A stretch of 63,962 nt of DNA, counting the filler, from an uncultured Synergistales bacterium (GTDB lineage: Bacteria; Synergistota; Synergistia; Synergistales; Aminobacteriaceae), in the NCBI GenBank assembly GCA_937897575.1. It is 6 parts of 6 records of this genome, joined end to end, with 100 filler letters (N's around TTAATTAATTAA, not from the genome) between each part and the next. Parts side by side here need not be neighbours in the genome. Positions count along the whole stretch, not along the records: positions 24,447 to 44,988 come from CALCQG010000074.1; 5 more parts are not named here. One strand, given 5' to 3'. Each line of letters begins with the position of its first letter. Position 1 is the stretch's first letter. The notes beneath the pieces were generated by a model that had not been told where the DNA came from, searched no databases, and was given only the letters and a program-made list of their open reading frames with translations. This document shows positions 30,662 through 40,281 of this stretch, one piece after another. Position numbers and translations under genes: made by a program.

Positions 30662-30704
30662 GTCCAATTCCCCCTATGAATGTGATCGCTCGTCCGTGTT
30701 CGAG

Positions 30705-31625
30705 TTATTCGCAGCTCCGGTGAAGGTCGCTGTTTTTGCCGGCTTTTAAGACAGCTCCCGGCAGTTCACGGCCGATAAAACCCTGCAGCATTCTGGCTGC
30801 TTTAAGCAGCGTGTCGATGTCTACACCCGTATGAATACCCATTTCTTCACACATGTGCACGAGATCCTCCGTGGCAATGTTGCCTGTTGCTCCGGGGGCG
30901 AAAGGGCAACCGCCCAATCCGCCGATGCTTGCATCGTACCTTGTGACACCGGCTTGCATGCCGGCGACCACGTTGGCTAAGCCCATGCCTCTGGTGTTGT
31001 GGAAATGAAGATTCCAGACGACATCCGGAAAGTCTTTAAGCACCTGAGTACAGACCGTATAGACCTGCTTTGGGTTGGCCATTCCCGTGGTGTCAGACAG
31101 GGATATTTCATGTATCCCGACGGCTGCGAAGTTTTTCGCTATGGTCTTTATCTTTTCTATGGCAATGGTCCCTTCGAAAGGACAGCCAAAAGCCGTGGCG
31201 ATCGCCCCAGAGAAGGTCATTGCATGTTCTTTCGCGTACGCTGAGAGAGTAGCTAACTGTTCGAAGAGTTCATCCTGCGATCGGCGGGCATTTTTAGCCT
31301 GGTGAGTCTGGCTGGCCGAAATAGTGAACTTGGCTTTTCTGATGCCGCATGAAGCTGCTCGTTCCAGACCTTTCTGGTTTAAAACGAGAGCTCGATACTC
31401 GATACCATCGCGTTGCCGTATATTCCTGAACACATCCTCCGTGTCTGCCATCTGGGGTACTGCTTTTGGGTTTACAAAGGAGCCAACCTCAATAATCCTG
31501 ACTCCCGCTTCCTGGATGAGTTCGAGCAGTTGATTTTTCTGTGCCGTCGTGAGGATCTTTTCTTCATTCTGCAAACCATCCCTGAGTCCCACTTCACAGA
31601 TAGTGATCCGTGACGGTATGCGCAC
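30705..31625 (-). CDS. hydroxymethylglutaryl-CoA lyase family (DRE-TIM) protein
   Basis: EVGLRDGLQNE, SFVNPKAVPQMAD, FGCPFEG, HFHNTRG, GLGGCPFAPGATGN. Confidence 0.92.
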   Translation of the reverse strand: MRIPSRITICEVGLRDGLQNEEKILTTAQKNQLLELIQEAGVRIIEVGSFVNPKAVPQMADTEDVFRNIRQRDGIEYRALVLNQKGLERAASCGIRKAKFTISASQTHQAKNARRSQDELFEQLATLSAYAKEHAMTFSGAIATAFGCPFEGTIAIEKIKTIAKNFAAVGIHEISLSDTTGMANPKQVYTVCTQVLKDFPDVVWNLHFHNTRGMGLANVVAGMQAGVTRYDASIGGLGGCPFAPGATGNIATEDLVHMCEEMGIHTGVDIDTLLKAARMLQGFIGRELPGAVLKAGKNSDLHRSCE

Positions 31626-31727
31626 TCTTCCATCTCTCCTCTTCCCGGAAAATACGATCGAGCAAAGACCGCATCTAGAATAAACTTTGTTCTGTAATAT
31701 TTCCAATCTTACTTTTCAATTTTCATG

Positions 31728-31742
31728 ATAGAATTCATCTAT
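31728..31742. promoter_or_regulatory. LysR-type binding box
   Basis: ATAG-N7-CTAT palindrome between divergent lysR and lyase genes. Confidence 0.6.
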
Positions 31743-31812
31743 AATCAGAATGGGAGCACGTACTGTCGACGAATGGTATGCACATTATTGTGGTGCATGG
31801 AGAGGGAGATGA

Positions 31813-32721
31813 ATGGCCGTGGTGACGTTACAACAGTTAAAGTGTTTTTGTGTCTTGGCGGAGGTTCTACACTACACTAAGGCCTCAGAGGTGTTACATA
31901 TCTCACAGCCAACGTTGAGTTATTCCGTTGCCGAACTTCAAAAGAAGCTCGGCGTACCACTCTTTGAACGGCAGAAGGGGAGGCCCGTTCTGACAAAATT
32001 TGGTGAGGCTTTTCTCCCGTACGCTGAAAACGTCCTGGTAAGCATTGCCGATGGGAAAAAGGCATTAGGCCAGATGCTCGATGTTGTCAGCGGGATGGTG
32101 AGTCTTGGGTATATTTACAGCATCAGTTCCGATTTTCTCCCAAAGGTGATCAGTGATTTTCAAAAACAATCGGGAAACGCGAACATCTCTTTTCAATTCT
32201 ATCAGGGTATCAAAGAGCACGTCCTGAAGAAGCTGGAAGATGGGACTTTGGATCTTGCCATCGCGAGTTTTCCTGGCGCCGGAACCATAGGATCCTTCCC
32301 GCTGTTTACGCAGGAGCTTTTTCTGGTCGTCCCCCGGGACCATCCGCTGGCGCAGCGGGATGAAGTCTCCCTCTCTGACGTTCGGGAAGAGCCCTTTATC
32401 ATTGCACAACCTGACAGCGGCTTGCGGGATTTCACTGATTCCCTCTTCAAAAGGACGAGAATAACGCCGAAAGTAGCCTATGAAGTGGAGGAATGTAACG
32501 CCATGGTAGCTTTTGTCAGCTCGAAGCAGGGGATAGCCATCATGCCCAAGATCCCACTGCTTGGCAGCAATGAAGTCTCTGTCCTGAAGGTGTCGGAACC
32601 TCCTCTATTCCGGGAGATCAATCTCCTGTGGAAATCGGGGAAGCAACTCTCATTTCCTGCCGAACGCTTCAAGAGTTTCGTCATGAAGACGGAAATCACA
32701 GTCCCTCCTATTTGCCATTGA
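31813..32721 (+). CDS. LysR-family transcriptional regulator
   Basis: LQQLKCF...HYTKASEVLHISQPTLS...LGVPLFER. Confidence 0.95.
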   Translation: MAVVTLQQLKCFCVLAEVLHYTKASEVLHISQPTLSYSVAELQKKLGVPLFERQKGRPVLTKFGEAFLPYAENVLVSIADGKKALGQMLDVVSGMVSLGYIYSISSDFLPKVISDFQKQSGNANISFQFYQGIKEHVLKKLEDGTLDLAIASFPGAGTIGSFPLFTQELFLVVPRDHPLAQRDEVSLSDVREEPFIIAQPDSGLRDFTDSLFKRTRITPKVAYEVEECNAMVAFVSSKQGIAIMPKIPLLGSNEVSVLKVSEPPLFREINLLWKSGKQLSFPAERFKSFVMKTEITVPPICH

Positions 32722-33586
32722 AATTTTTCTCCTGGCCGTCATGAATTGGGATCTGAGACGGCACATAGAGATGAGACCCTTGAAGGGTTGCTGCAAACGA
32801 TCCGCTGAACGGCGATGGCGGGAATGCAAAACTGGCAGAAACATGGTCTCATCGCAGAACAAGTTCCCGTCCCAGCTCGTTTGCTGTATGTACAAAAAGA
32901 CAGCAGTTCAGCATTTCCAGCATACGCCTTTATATATTGATGGAGCCGGGGGAATCGCCCCCCGGCCGACATCCGTGTCCCCATGGTATTAGGGATGCAA
33001 GCATCCGAAAATCAGGCGGGTTAAACTCCCTTTATGCTATCAAACCACACGGCACAGTATCAGAGGGTGGAATCCTTCGGCTTAGTTTTGAACGGGAGAA
33101 AGGCACAAGGTTGCTTTAAGCTTCAACTGGTCGTCTCATTAGGAACAGATATGTTGGTTTTGGGCACAATGCTTTGCCCCTCTACGTTGTCATACCACAC
33201 GAAAACTCCATCAATGAAAGGTTGGCTCGAACTATTGCTGCAGTCGTGTTGTTGCAGTCCTGTTGCTCGAGGGAACGAGGACCATAAGGACGCTTGGAGA
33301 TAACTCTCCTGCCGGTACTCAATTCTGTACAGTGTTAGATATGTTGTTCTGTTGCGTGTCCGGTGTCTCATGGCAGTGGACATAAAATATTTGACATTTA
33401 GGGAGAAGTACGTGTAGAATCCTCGCAACCGTATTGGCAGTGCAGTTTTGTTAGAGGCAAGATAGAAGTCACCGGCGGAAATCAGCGGTACTGCGTCGTC
33501 AGTTGCTTGATTTTGTCGTTGATGCAGTCGTGAAGGTGATTCAAACAAACGCTCCGATGAGAGTGCACAACAGAGGGGGAAGTGAA

Positions 33587-34672
33587 ATGGTGAAGGCAAC
33601 GGGCAGAAACGTACGATTTGCGCTCATGTTTTTTGTGGTTTTTCTTGGCGTCATGATGCATTCACGTTTGGCATGGGCTAATCCGGAGTACAAGTGGAAG
33701 TTCGGAGTGCCATGGACTCGTCCGACACAGAATGAATTCTTCCAGCAGTTCTGCGACCTCGTCGCCGAATATTCTCAGGGCAGGATCGAGATTAAATTCT
33801 TTCCGAACGGGCAGCTCGGCACCCATGATGAGCACTTCCATGCCGTTCAGGAGGGGAGCGTCCAGCTTGTCATGGTGGTCCCATATATCAATCTCGTCCC
33901 CGGTGGGGCGGTGAATTGGGTTCCTTGGACCATCGAAAACGTGGATGAGGCGAAACTGGCTTTCGAAGCCGACAAGGGTATTTTGTGGAAGGTCACGGAG
34001 GATGCCTACAATGAAGTCGGAATGCACATGCTCTTCCAGACCTCCTTCGGTGCCTATGGGGTCGGCAATACCAAGCGTCCTCTGAGAACGCCGGAGGACT
34101 TCAAGAACCTCAAGATCCGGGTCTCCGCGTCCCTTGGCATGGTTCGGGCCATCGAGAACATAGGGAAGGGAACCGGGATGACCCTCCAGACCATCCCCTG
34201 GGGCGATGTGTATGATGCACTCTCCAAGGGCGTCGTCGACGGATCATGGAGCTTATGGCCGTCCCTTGTGGAGGACCGCCATTCGGAGGTGCTGAAGTAC
34301 TTTACGGACCTCAACTTCGCCTGGGATACGAACAACATTGTTATCAACAAGGAGATTTGGGACAAACTTTCCGAGGATCTGAAAGAGGCTGTCAATAAAG
34401 CGGCCCACGAAGTGGAGACCAAACTGTACGAGAGGCAAGAATTCATGGAGGCCCAGTTCAAGAAGCAGCTTTCTGAGGTGAAGGGGTTCGAGATAATTTC
34501 TCTCACACCGGAAGAGCGGGCCGTCTTCAGAGAACGGTCGAACACCCCAGCGATATGGGATGAGCTGGTCCGTCCGTGGATCGAGAAAAAATATCCGGGA
34601 CAGAACATGACCGAGAAGATTCAGGAGGAACTGAAACGAATCCATGAAGAGGTCCTGTCGAAAAAGAAGTAG
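33587..34672 (+). CDS. TRAP transporter substrate-binding protein DctP
   Basis: Signal peptide, FPNGQLG, PEDFKNLKIRV, WGDVYDALSKGVVDG. Confidence 0.92.
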   Translation: MVKATGRNVRFALMFFVVFLGVMMHSRLAWANPEYKWKFGVPWTRPTQNEFFQQFCDLVAEYSQGRIEIKFFPNGQLGTHDEHFHAVQEGSVQLVMVVPYINLVPGGAVNWVPWTIENVDEAKLAFEADKGILWKVTEDAYNEVGMHMLFQTSFGAYGVGNTKRPLRTPEDFKNLKIRVSASLGMVRAIENIGKGTGMTLQTIPWGDVYDALSKGVVDGSWSLWPSLVEDRHSEVLKYFTDLNFAWDTNNIVINKEIWDKLSEDLKEAVNKAAHEVETKLYERQEFMEAQFKKQLSEVKGFEIISLTPEERAVFRERSNTPAIWDELVRPWIEKKYPGQNMTEKIQEELKRIHEEVLSKKK

Positions 34673-34796
34673 CCCATAGATAGGGTATGCTTTCAGAGGC
34701 GCTCTGTCCGCTCCGTGATCAATAGACGGTGCCGGACAGAGCGCTTGGAAGAGAGTTCCGGAAGGAACATCGAAAACATGGCAGGAGGTGTTCCAA

Positions 34797-36380
34797 TTGC
34801 TCGATATCAAACTCAGAAATTGCAGGATCCTCGACGGAACAGGAGCCCCTTGGTTTCATGGCGAAGTAGGGGTACAGCACGGGAAAATAACCGTCGTCCG
34901 CCATCGTATCGAAGAAGAGGCAACAAAGGTTGTCAACCTCCATGATCAGATCCTCTGTCCGGGGTTTATCGACATGCACACCCATTCGGACCTCAGAGTC
35001 TTTATCTCTCCTGAAGACGAGGCGAAGACGCGGCAGGGTATTACCACTGCCCTTGTCGGGCAGGACGGACTCTCCGTCGCCCCCTTGACCGAAAAGGCAA
35101 AGCCTGTGATGAAGAAGCGGCTACTTGGCCTAAACGGGGCATACGAGAACTGGAACTGGAACACCGTGGGCGAATATCTCTCTGCCGTGGACAAGGCATC
35201 CCCTGGGACGAACGTGGCTATGCTGGTGCCTCACGGCGCAGTTCGGGCGTCCATCGTGGGATGGGAGGGAAGGCCGGCCACCGACGACGAGATAGCCAAG
35301 ATGGTGGATATGGTCGGCACCGCAATGCAGGAGGGGGCTTTCGGGTTCTCTACCGGACTCATTTACCCACCCTGTCTCTACGCCGAGGAAAAGGAGCTCG
35401 TGGCGCTCGCCAAAGAAGCCGCCCGGCACGGAGGATTTTTCGTCGTGCACATGAGGAACGAACAGGACCATATAGCGGACTCGATAAAAGAAGTGGTCAG
35501 AATCTGTACGGAAGCCGGGTGTCCACTGCATATCTCTCACCTCAAGATCGCCGGAAGAAAAAACTGGGGGCGATCCGCGGAAATATTGGGGATGATTGAT
35601 GCTGCCAGGGGCGATGGTCTTGAGGTGACCTTCGATCAGTACCCCTACACGGCAGGGAGCACCATGCTGGACGCACTGATCCCTCCTGTTTTTCACAAGA
35701 ACGGTCAGGAAGCCTTGCTTAAAGACCTAGACGATGTCTCGGTGCGGCAAGAAATACGGGACATGATTGAGGGGCGAAAAGGGCCGGTCTGGGAGAATTG
35801 GATAGCCTCTTGCGGGTGGGATGGCATCTTCATCAACTCAGTGGTTACGGATACGAACAGGTGGATGGAGGGGAAGTCCCTTGCCGAAATTTCATCGGAC
35901 GAGTCGAAAAATCCGGTGGATACGCTCTGTGACCTTCTTGTAAACGAGAAGGGTATGGTGACTATGACGGTGTTCTACGGCAGCGAAGACGATGTGCAGG
36001 CCATTCTGAAGCATGAGAGCATGCTGTTTTGCTCCGACAGCATCGTCGGGGGTAAGCCACATCCCCGCGCCTTCGGCTCCACCGCCAGAATTTTAGGCCG
36101 GTACGCGCGGGATGAAGGGGTACTTTCACTTCCGCAGGCTATTCGCCGGATGACCTCGGGGCCTGCGGCCCGACTTCGATTGCAGGATAGGGGGCTCGTC
36201 CGTGAAGGCATGACCGCTGATCTCGTTGCTTTCTCTCCTGAATTGATCGTGGAGCAGGGGACGTACAAAGCTCCGAATCAATTCCCCCAAGGGATCTCCC
36301 TCACCATGGTGGCGGGTGAGATCACTCTGAGAGATGGCGTCATGACTGGAGCAAGGCCGGGGCGAGGACTGAGAAGCTGA
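34797..36380 (+). CDS. N-acyl-D-amino-acid deacylase (D-aminoacylase family)
   Basis: DGTGAP, PGFIDMHTHSD, GFSTGLIYPP, HMRNE, DQYPYTAGST, HPRAFG; TTG start after GGAGG. Confidence 0.92.
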   Translation: MLDIKLRNCRILDGTGAPWFHGEVGVQHGKITVVRHRIEEEATKVVNLHDQILCPGFIDMHTHSDLRVFISPEDEAKTRQGITTALVGQDGLSVAPLTEKAKPVMKKRLLGLNGAYENWNWNTVGEYLSAVDKASPGTNVAMLVPHGAVRASIVGWEGRPATDDEIAKMVDMVGTAMQEGAFGFSTGLIYPPCLYAEEKELVALAKEAARHGGFFVVHMRNEQDHIADSIKEVVRICTEAGCPLHISHLKIAGRKNWGRSAEILGMIDAARGDGLEVTFDQYPYTAGSTMLDALIPPVFHKNGQEALLKDLDDVSVRQEIRDMIEGRKGPVWENWIASCGWDGIFINSVVTDTNRWMEGKSLAEISSDESKNPVDTLCDLLVNEKGMVTMTVFYGSEDDVQAILKHESMLFCSDSIVGGKPHPRAFGSTARILGRYARDEGVLSLPQAIRRMTSGPAARLRLQDRGLVREGMTADLVAFSPELIVEQGTYKAPNQFPQGISLTMVAGEITLRDGVMTGARPGRGLRS

Positions 36381-36577
36381 AAATTTTCCAAGAAACTCTG
36401 AAGTTGGTATATGTTCGGGAGAATGGCTCGGAGAGTGATCGAAATCGATGAAGTAACGCCCGAGATTCAGGGAATGCTCCGAACAGAAGAAAAACAGGGC
36501 GGGAAGCGCCTCTTCGGGTCATGCCCCCGAATATACCCCGAAGCACTTGTTATGAGGATGAACAGGAGGACATAGGT

Positions 36578-37114
36578 GTGAAGTTCGTTCATGTTTTTTT
36601 CAGATATGTGTCGATGCTCGAGAATATCCTGTGCACATTGGGCCTTTTTGCGACGACGTTCATCGCGTTCTTCCAGGTGATCAATCGGTATTGGCTTCGT
36701 CTGGAAATCATATGGCTCAACGACCTCGGACTGTTTATCTTCATTCTCTTCATGTTCTTCGCGATACCGCTGACCACAAGAGAGAACGAGCACACAGGAG
36801 TCGATGTCTTCGTAAAAAGGTTTTTCAGAGAAAATTCGGTGGGGAGTAAATCGTTCAACCTCATGCTGAAGGCGGTAGCTATAGGCACGGTTATAGTGTT
36901 TCTTCTCCCCGCATGGTCTTTTGCGAAGAGAGCGTATAAATACCCTCAGTATGCGACGCTCGTTCGTTGGTTCAATACGAGCTGGCTCATGGAAATGCTT
37001 TTTGGGTGCATGGTCCTCTGTCTTCTCCATTTGATCTATGACTTCCTCTGCGGCTTGGCAGAGATGCGGAAAACCGCCAACCCGGATAGAGAGGGGGAGA
37101 AGGCATGTCAGTAG
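36578..37114 (+). CDS. TRAP transporter small permease DctQ
   Basis: 4 TM, QVINRY, HTGVDVF. Confidence 0.85.
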   Translation: MKFVHVFFRYVSMLENILCTLGLFATTFIAFFQVINRYWLRLEIIWLNDLGLFIFILFMFFAIPLTTRENEHTGVDVFVKRFFRENSVGSKSFNLMLKAVAIGTVIVFLLPAWSFAKRAYKYPQYATLVRWFNTSWLMEMLFGCMVLCLLHLIYDFLCGLAEMRKTANPDREGEKACQ

Positions 37115-38436
37115 GCGTCATCGTTACCATTGTGGTGTTTCTCGCCGGTATTTTTCTCGGCCTCCCCCTTGGCTGGGGTTTTCTGACGAGCACTGCGGCG
37201 GGATTATTTTCATTGGGAGAGTCCCTTTCCTTCATGGCGGGGACTTTCTATCATTCCATCAACAGTTATGTCCTCATGGCAGTGGCGTTCTTCATATTCG
37301 CCGGAGGGCTCATCTCCTACGCGGGGCTTGCGGACCGCATCGTACGGTTTTCCTACGCTCTCGTGGGGCGCGTCAAGGGAGGCATGATCGTCGTCGGATT
37401 GATAGCGACGCTGATCATGAGTGCCCTCACCGGTTCGTCCCTCCCCACCATCTCGGCGCTGATCCCTCTCCTTGTCCCACGGCTCGAGAAATACGGGTAT
37501 AAGAGAGTGTATTCCACGGCGGTGCTGTGCTCAAGCAGTTTTTTGGGGTACCTTATTCCGCCCAGTGTTCCGGCAATGATCTACTGCCTCGTGGCACAAC
37601 AGTCCGTTGCGGCCCTTTTCCTTTCGACGGTGATCCCCGGATTGCTACTCGCCCTTGGGTACGGAATTCTCAATTATTTTCTCTGCGACAGATATATTGA
37701 CCACTCCGTGGTCCTTCCGACAGACCTCTACGCTCCCGGGGCAAGGATGCGGGAACTGAAGGCGGCGACATGGTCGGCTCTTCCTGCTCTTGGAGCGCCA
37801 CTCGTCATTCTGGTGGGAATTTACGGGGGCATCTTCACTCCGAACGAGGCCGGTGCCGTGGCAGTGGTCTACTGTCTTCTGGTCGGTTTCTTCGTGTACC
37901 GGGAGTTGACGGCGAACAATCTGTGGAAGGCTGTCTTCAGCACGCTCATCAGTGTTGGGATGATCGGGCTTCTCATTGCCGCCGGCACCGTTTTCACGAG
38001 ATTTCTGATTCGCGAGGGCGCCGCACAGGCCCTTGCGGAAAGTATCCTCGGGCTCTTCGACAGCAAGGCGATGATCTTGCTCTCGTTGAACGTATTTCTG
38101 TTGATTCTGGGCATGTTCATAGACGGCATTCCGATTCTCATCCTGGCTGTCCCGCTGATCCTCCCACTGATCACAGAGCTCCAGATGAACCTCGTTCATC
38201 TGGGTGCCATGATCATCGTGAACGTCGGACTTGGCGTCGTGACCCCGCCCTATGCCATATCCATATTCGTCGGGTCCCGCCTGTCCGGGGTCTCGTACGG
38301 AGAGCTCGTCAAGCCGATGATGGTCTTTCTCTTCGTTGTTGGAATACCGGTGCTCCTCCTGACGACCTATATTCCTGCGCTGTCCTGCTGGCTTCCGACG
38401 CTTCTCCTGGGAGAACAGATAGTCGGCGCATGGTAA
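37105..38436 (+). CDS. TRAP transporter large permease DctM
   Basis: LIPPS, GGIFTPNEAG, TPPY. Confidence 0.92.
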   Translation: MSVGVIVTIVVFLAGIFLGLPLGWGFLTSTAAGLFSLGESLSFMAGTFYHSINSYVLMAVAFFIFAGGLISYAGLADRIVRFSYALVGRVKGGMIVVGLIATLIMSALTGSSLPTISALIPLLVPRLEKYGYKRVYSTAVLCSSSFLGYLIPPSVPAMIYCLVAQQSVAALFLSTVIPGLLLALGYGILNYFLCDRYIDHSVVLPTDLYAPGARMRELKAATWSALPALGAPLVILVGIYGGIFTPNEAGAVAVVYCLLVGFFVYRELTANNLWKAVFSTLISVGMIGLLIAAGTVFTRFLIREGAAQALAESILGLFDSKAMILLSLNVFLLILGMFIDGIPILILAVPLILPLITELQMNLVHLGAMIIVNVGLGVVTPPYAISIFVGSRLSGVSYGELVKPMMVFLFVVGIPVLLLTTYIPALSCWLPTLLLGEQIVGAW

Positions 38437-38650
38437 AGAGAAAGGATGTTGAGTGACTGTACGCGTGGACGGGTATTCGGCATCGCGAGTTTTCCGAGGG
38501 GGATCGAGAACTAAGAGAAAGAGAGACCCTATCCTCGTGATAGAGAGGAGCTGGAACCCAACGTATGACCGATGATTTTAAGTCCTCCTCCTGCTGATAC
38601 AGGGAGAGGGTGTAATAAGCTTGGTTGCTCCAGGGCTGTATTCTTCTCCA

Positions 38651-38689
38651 AAAACGGCCGGTCCGGCCTGCATCACAGGTCGGACCGGT
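38651..38689 (-). terminator. terminator hairpin downstream of glnA-family gene
   Basis: CCGGTCCGGCCTG/CAGGTCGGACCGG stem; T-run on the minus strand. Confidence 0.55.
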
Positions 38690-38712
38690 TGATTTCGTGC
38701 CCATGCGGTCCC

Positions 38713-40074
38713 TTAGAAGTACAGCTCGAACTCCTGGGGTGTTGGGGCGTTGTAGACGTACTCCGCCTCCTCGGTCTTCCGCTTTGTCCAGAGCTCCAGC
38801 AGCTTGTCCGGGAAGGCTGGTTTGAGGTACTCGTTGTCCTTCGCGAGGCCGTCCAGCACCGTGCGGAGGTCCAGGGGGAATACCTTCTCCGTCTTGGCCT
38901 CTACGCTGTTGAAGCCGGCCTTGACGGGGTCGGCCTTCTTCTGGATGCCGTCGACGCCGGCGAGGACCATAGCGGAGAGCATGTAGTGGAGGTTCGCCGA
39001 TGCGTCCCCCGTCCGGTACTCGATGCGGACCTCGTCGCTCTTCAGGTAGCCCGGGATTCGAACGGCGGCGCTCCTCGACCCCTTGGCGAAGGTGGCGCTG
39101 ATGGGGGCCTCGTACCCAGGGACGAGACGGCGGTAGCTGTTGGTGCTTGGGTTCGTGAAGGCCAGCAGGCTACCCGTAAGGCTGTGCTCCAGGAGCCCGG
39201 CGGTGTAGGACAGGGCCTCCTTCGAGAGCCCGTGCAACTCCTTCCCCGGGAAGATGGACTTCTTCCCCTTTTCGAGGTACTGGTGGACGTGCATGCCGTT
39301 GCCGGGCATCTTGTAGAGGGGCTTGGGCATGAAGGTGACCACGAGTCCCATCTCGTACGCCACCGTGTGGATGATCCACTTGGCGAGGCAGACGCTATCC
39401 GCCGCCTTCACGAGGTCCATGAAGTCGAGCTCGATCTCGAGCTGGGAGGCGCCGACCTCGTGGTGGTGGTATTTCACGGGGATGCCGATCTTCTCCATGA
39501 TGTGGACGGTCCTGTTGCGGAAGTCGAGGTAGCGGTCCTCGGGTGGCAGCTTGTGGTAACCCTTGTGGGCACCGAAGCGGGGAAGGGTCTCGTACTCCTC
39601 GCCGAGGCCCTCGGCAGAAGCGATGGAGTACGATGCATGGTCCAGCCCCGTGGAGTACTCCACGGAGTCGAAGACGTAGTACTCGAGCTCGACGAGCATC
39701 ATGGCCCTGTCGGCGATCTTCTTCTTTTTAAGGTATTCCGCCGTCCTCTCGGCCACGGAGCGAGGGTACTGGTCGAAGACGTTCCGCTCCGTCGAGATGA
39801 CGTCGCAGAGCACGTGCACCGTGCGAAAATCCTCCCTCTCCTCCAGGAAGGCGACGTTTTGGTCGGGGATGGCGATCATGTCCGATTGGTCCACCTTGGC
39901 GAAGCCGTAGTTGGAGGCGTCGAAGCCGATTCCGTCCTGAAAGACGGCCTCGGAGACGTATCTCCTCGGCAGTGAGACGGAGCGCATCCCGCCCGAGATG
40001 TCGAACATGATCATGTTCAGGAAATCGGCGTCGAAATCTTTTGCGGTGAGGCCTGGAAGAGCGGAGAGCTGCAT
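38713..40074 (-). CDS. glnA: glutamine synthetase family protein
   Basis: FDAS, ELEYY, HHHEVG, TFMPKP, GNGMHVH, NSYRRLVPGYEAP, RIP, RIEYR; gamma-glutamyl ligase of another amine not excluded. Confidence 0.85.
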   Translation of the reverse strand: MQLSALPGLTAKDFDADFLNMIMFDISGGMRSVSLPRRYVSEAVFQDGIGFDASNYGFAKVDQSDMIAIPDQNVAFLEEREDFRTVHVLCDVISTERNVFDQYPRSVAERTAEYLKKKKIADRAMMLVELEYYVFDSVEYSTGLDHASYSIASAEGLGEEYETLPRFGAHKGYHKLPPEDRYLDFRNRTVHIMEKIGIPVKYHHHEVGASQLEIELDFMDLVKAADSVCLAKWIIHTVAYEMGLVVTFMPKPLYKMPGNGMHVHQYLEKGKKSIFPGKELHGLSKEALSYTAGLLEHSLTGSLLAFTNPSTNSYRRLVPGYEAPISATFAKGSRSAAVRIPGYLKSDEVRIEYRTGDASANLHYMLSAMVLAGVDGIQKKADPVKAGFNSVEAKTEKVFPLDLRTVLDGLAKDNEYLKPAFPDKLLELWTKRKTEEAEYVYNAPTPQEFELYF

Positions 40075-40281
40075 AAATTATTTCCTCCCGTTGGGCGTTC
40101 GCCCGTATTTTATGCGCATATTCCGGCGCAATGTTTGGCACTGCCCATTATAGAGAATGGAGTCAGGTTTCATCAATCTTTATGGAACAGTATCTAAAAT
40201 TCGCGCATCCTCTCTCCCGAACGCGCAGGAAGCCCGGTTGCCGACCAGTGGCGCAACAGGCACGTTCAGATTGGGGAGGGG

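Noticed and set aside
38550..38590. GAACCC...GATTTTAAGTCC resembling a tRNA-Leu(TAA) fragment near the GC shift
   Set aside because: Match too short, stems do not pair, and no partner repeat in the window
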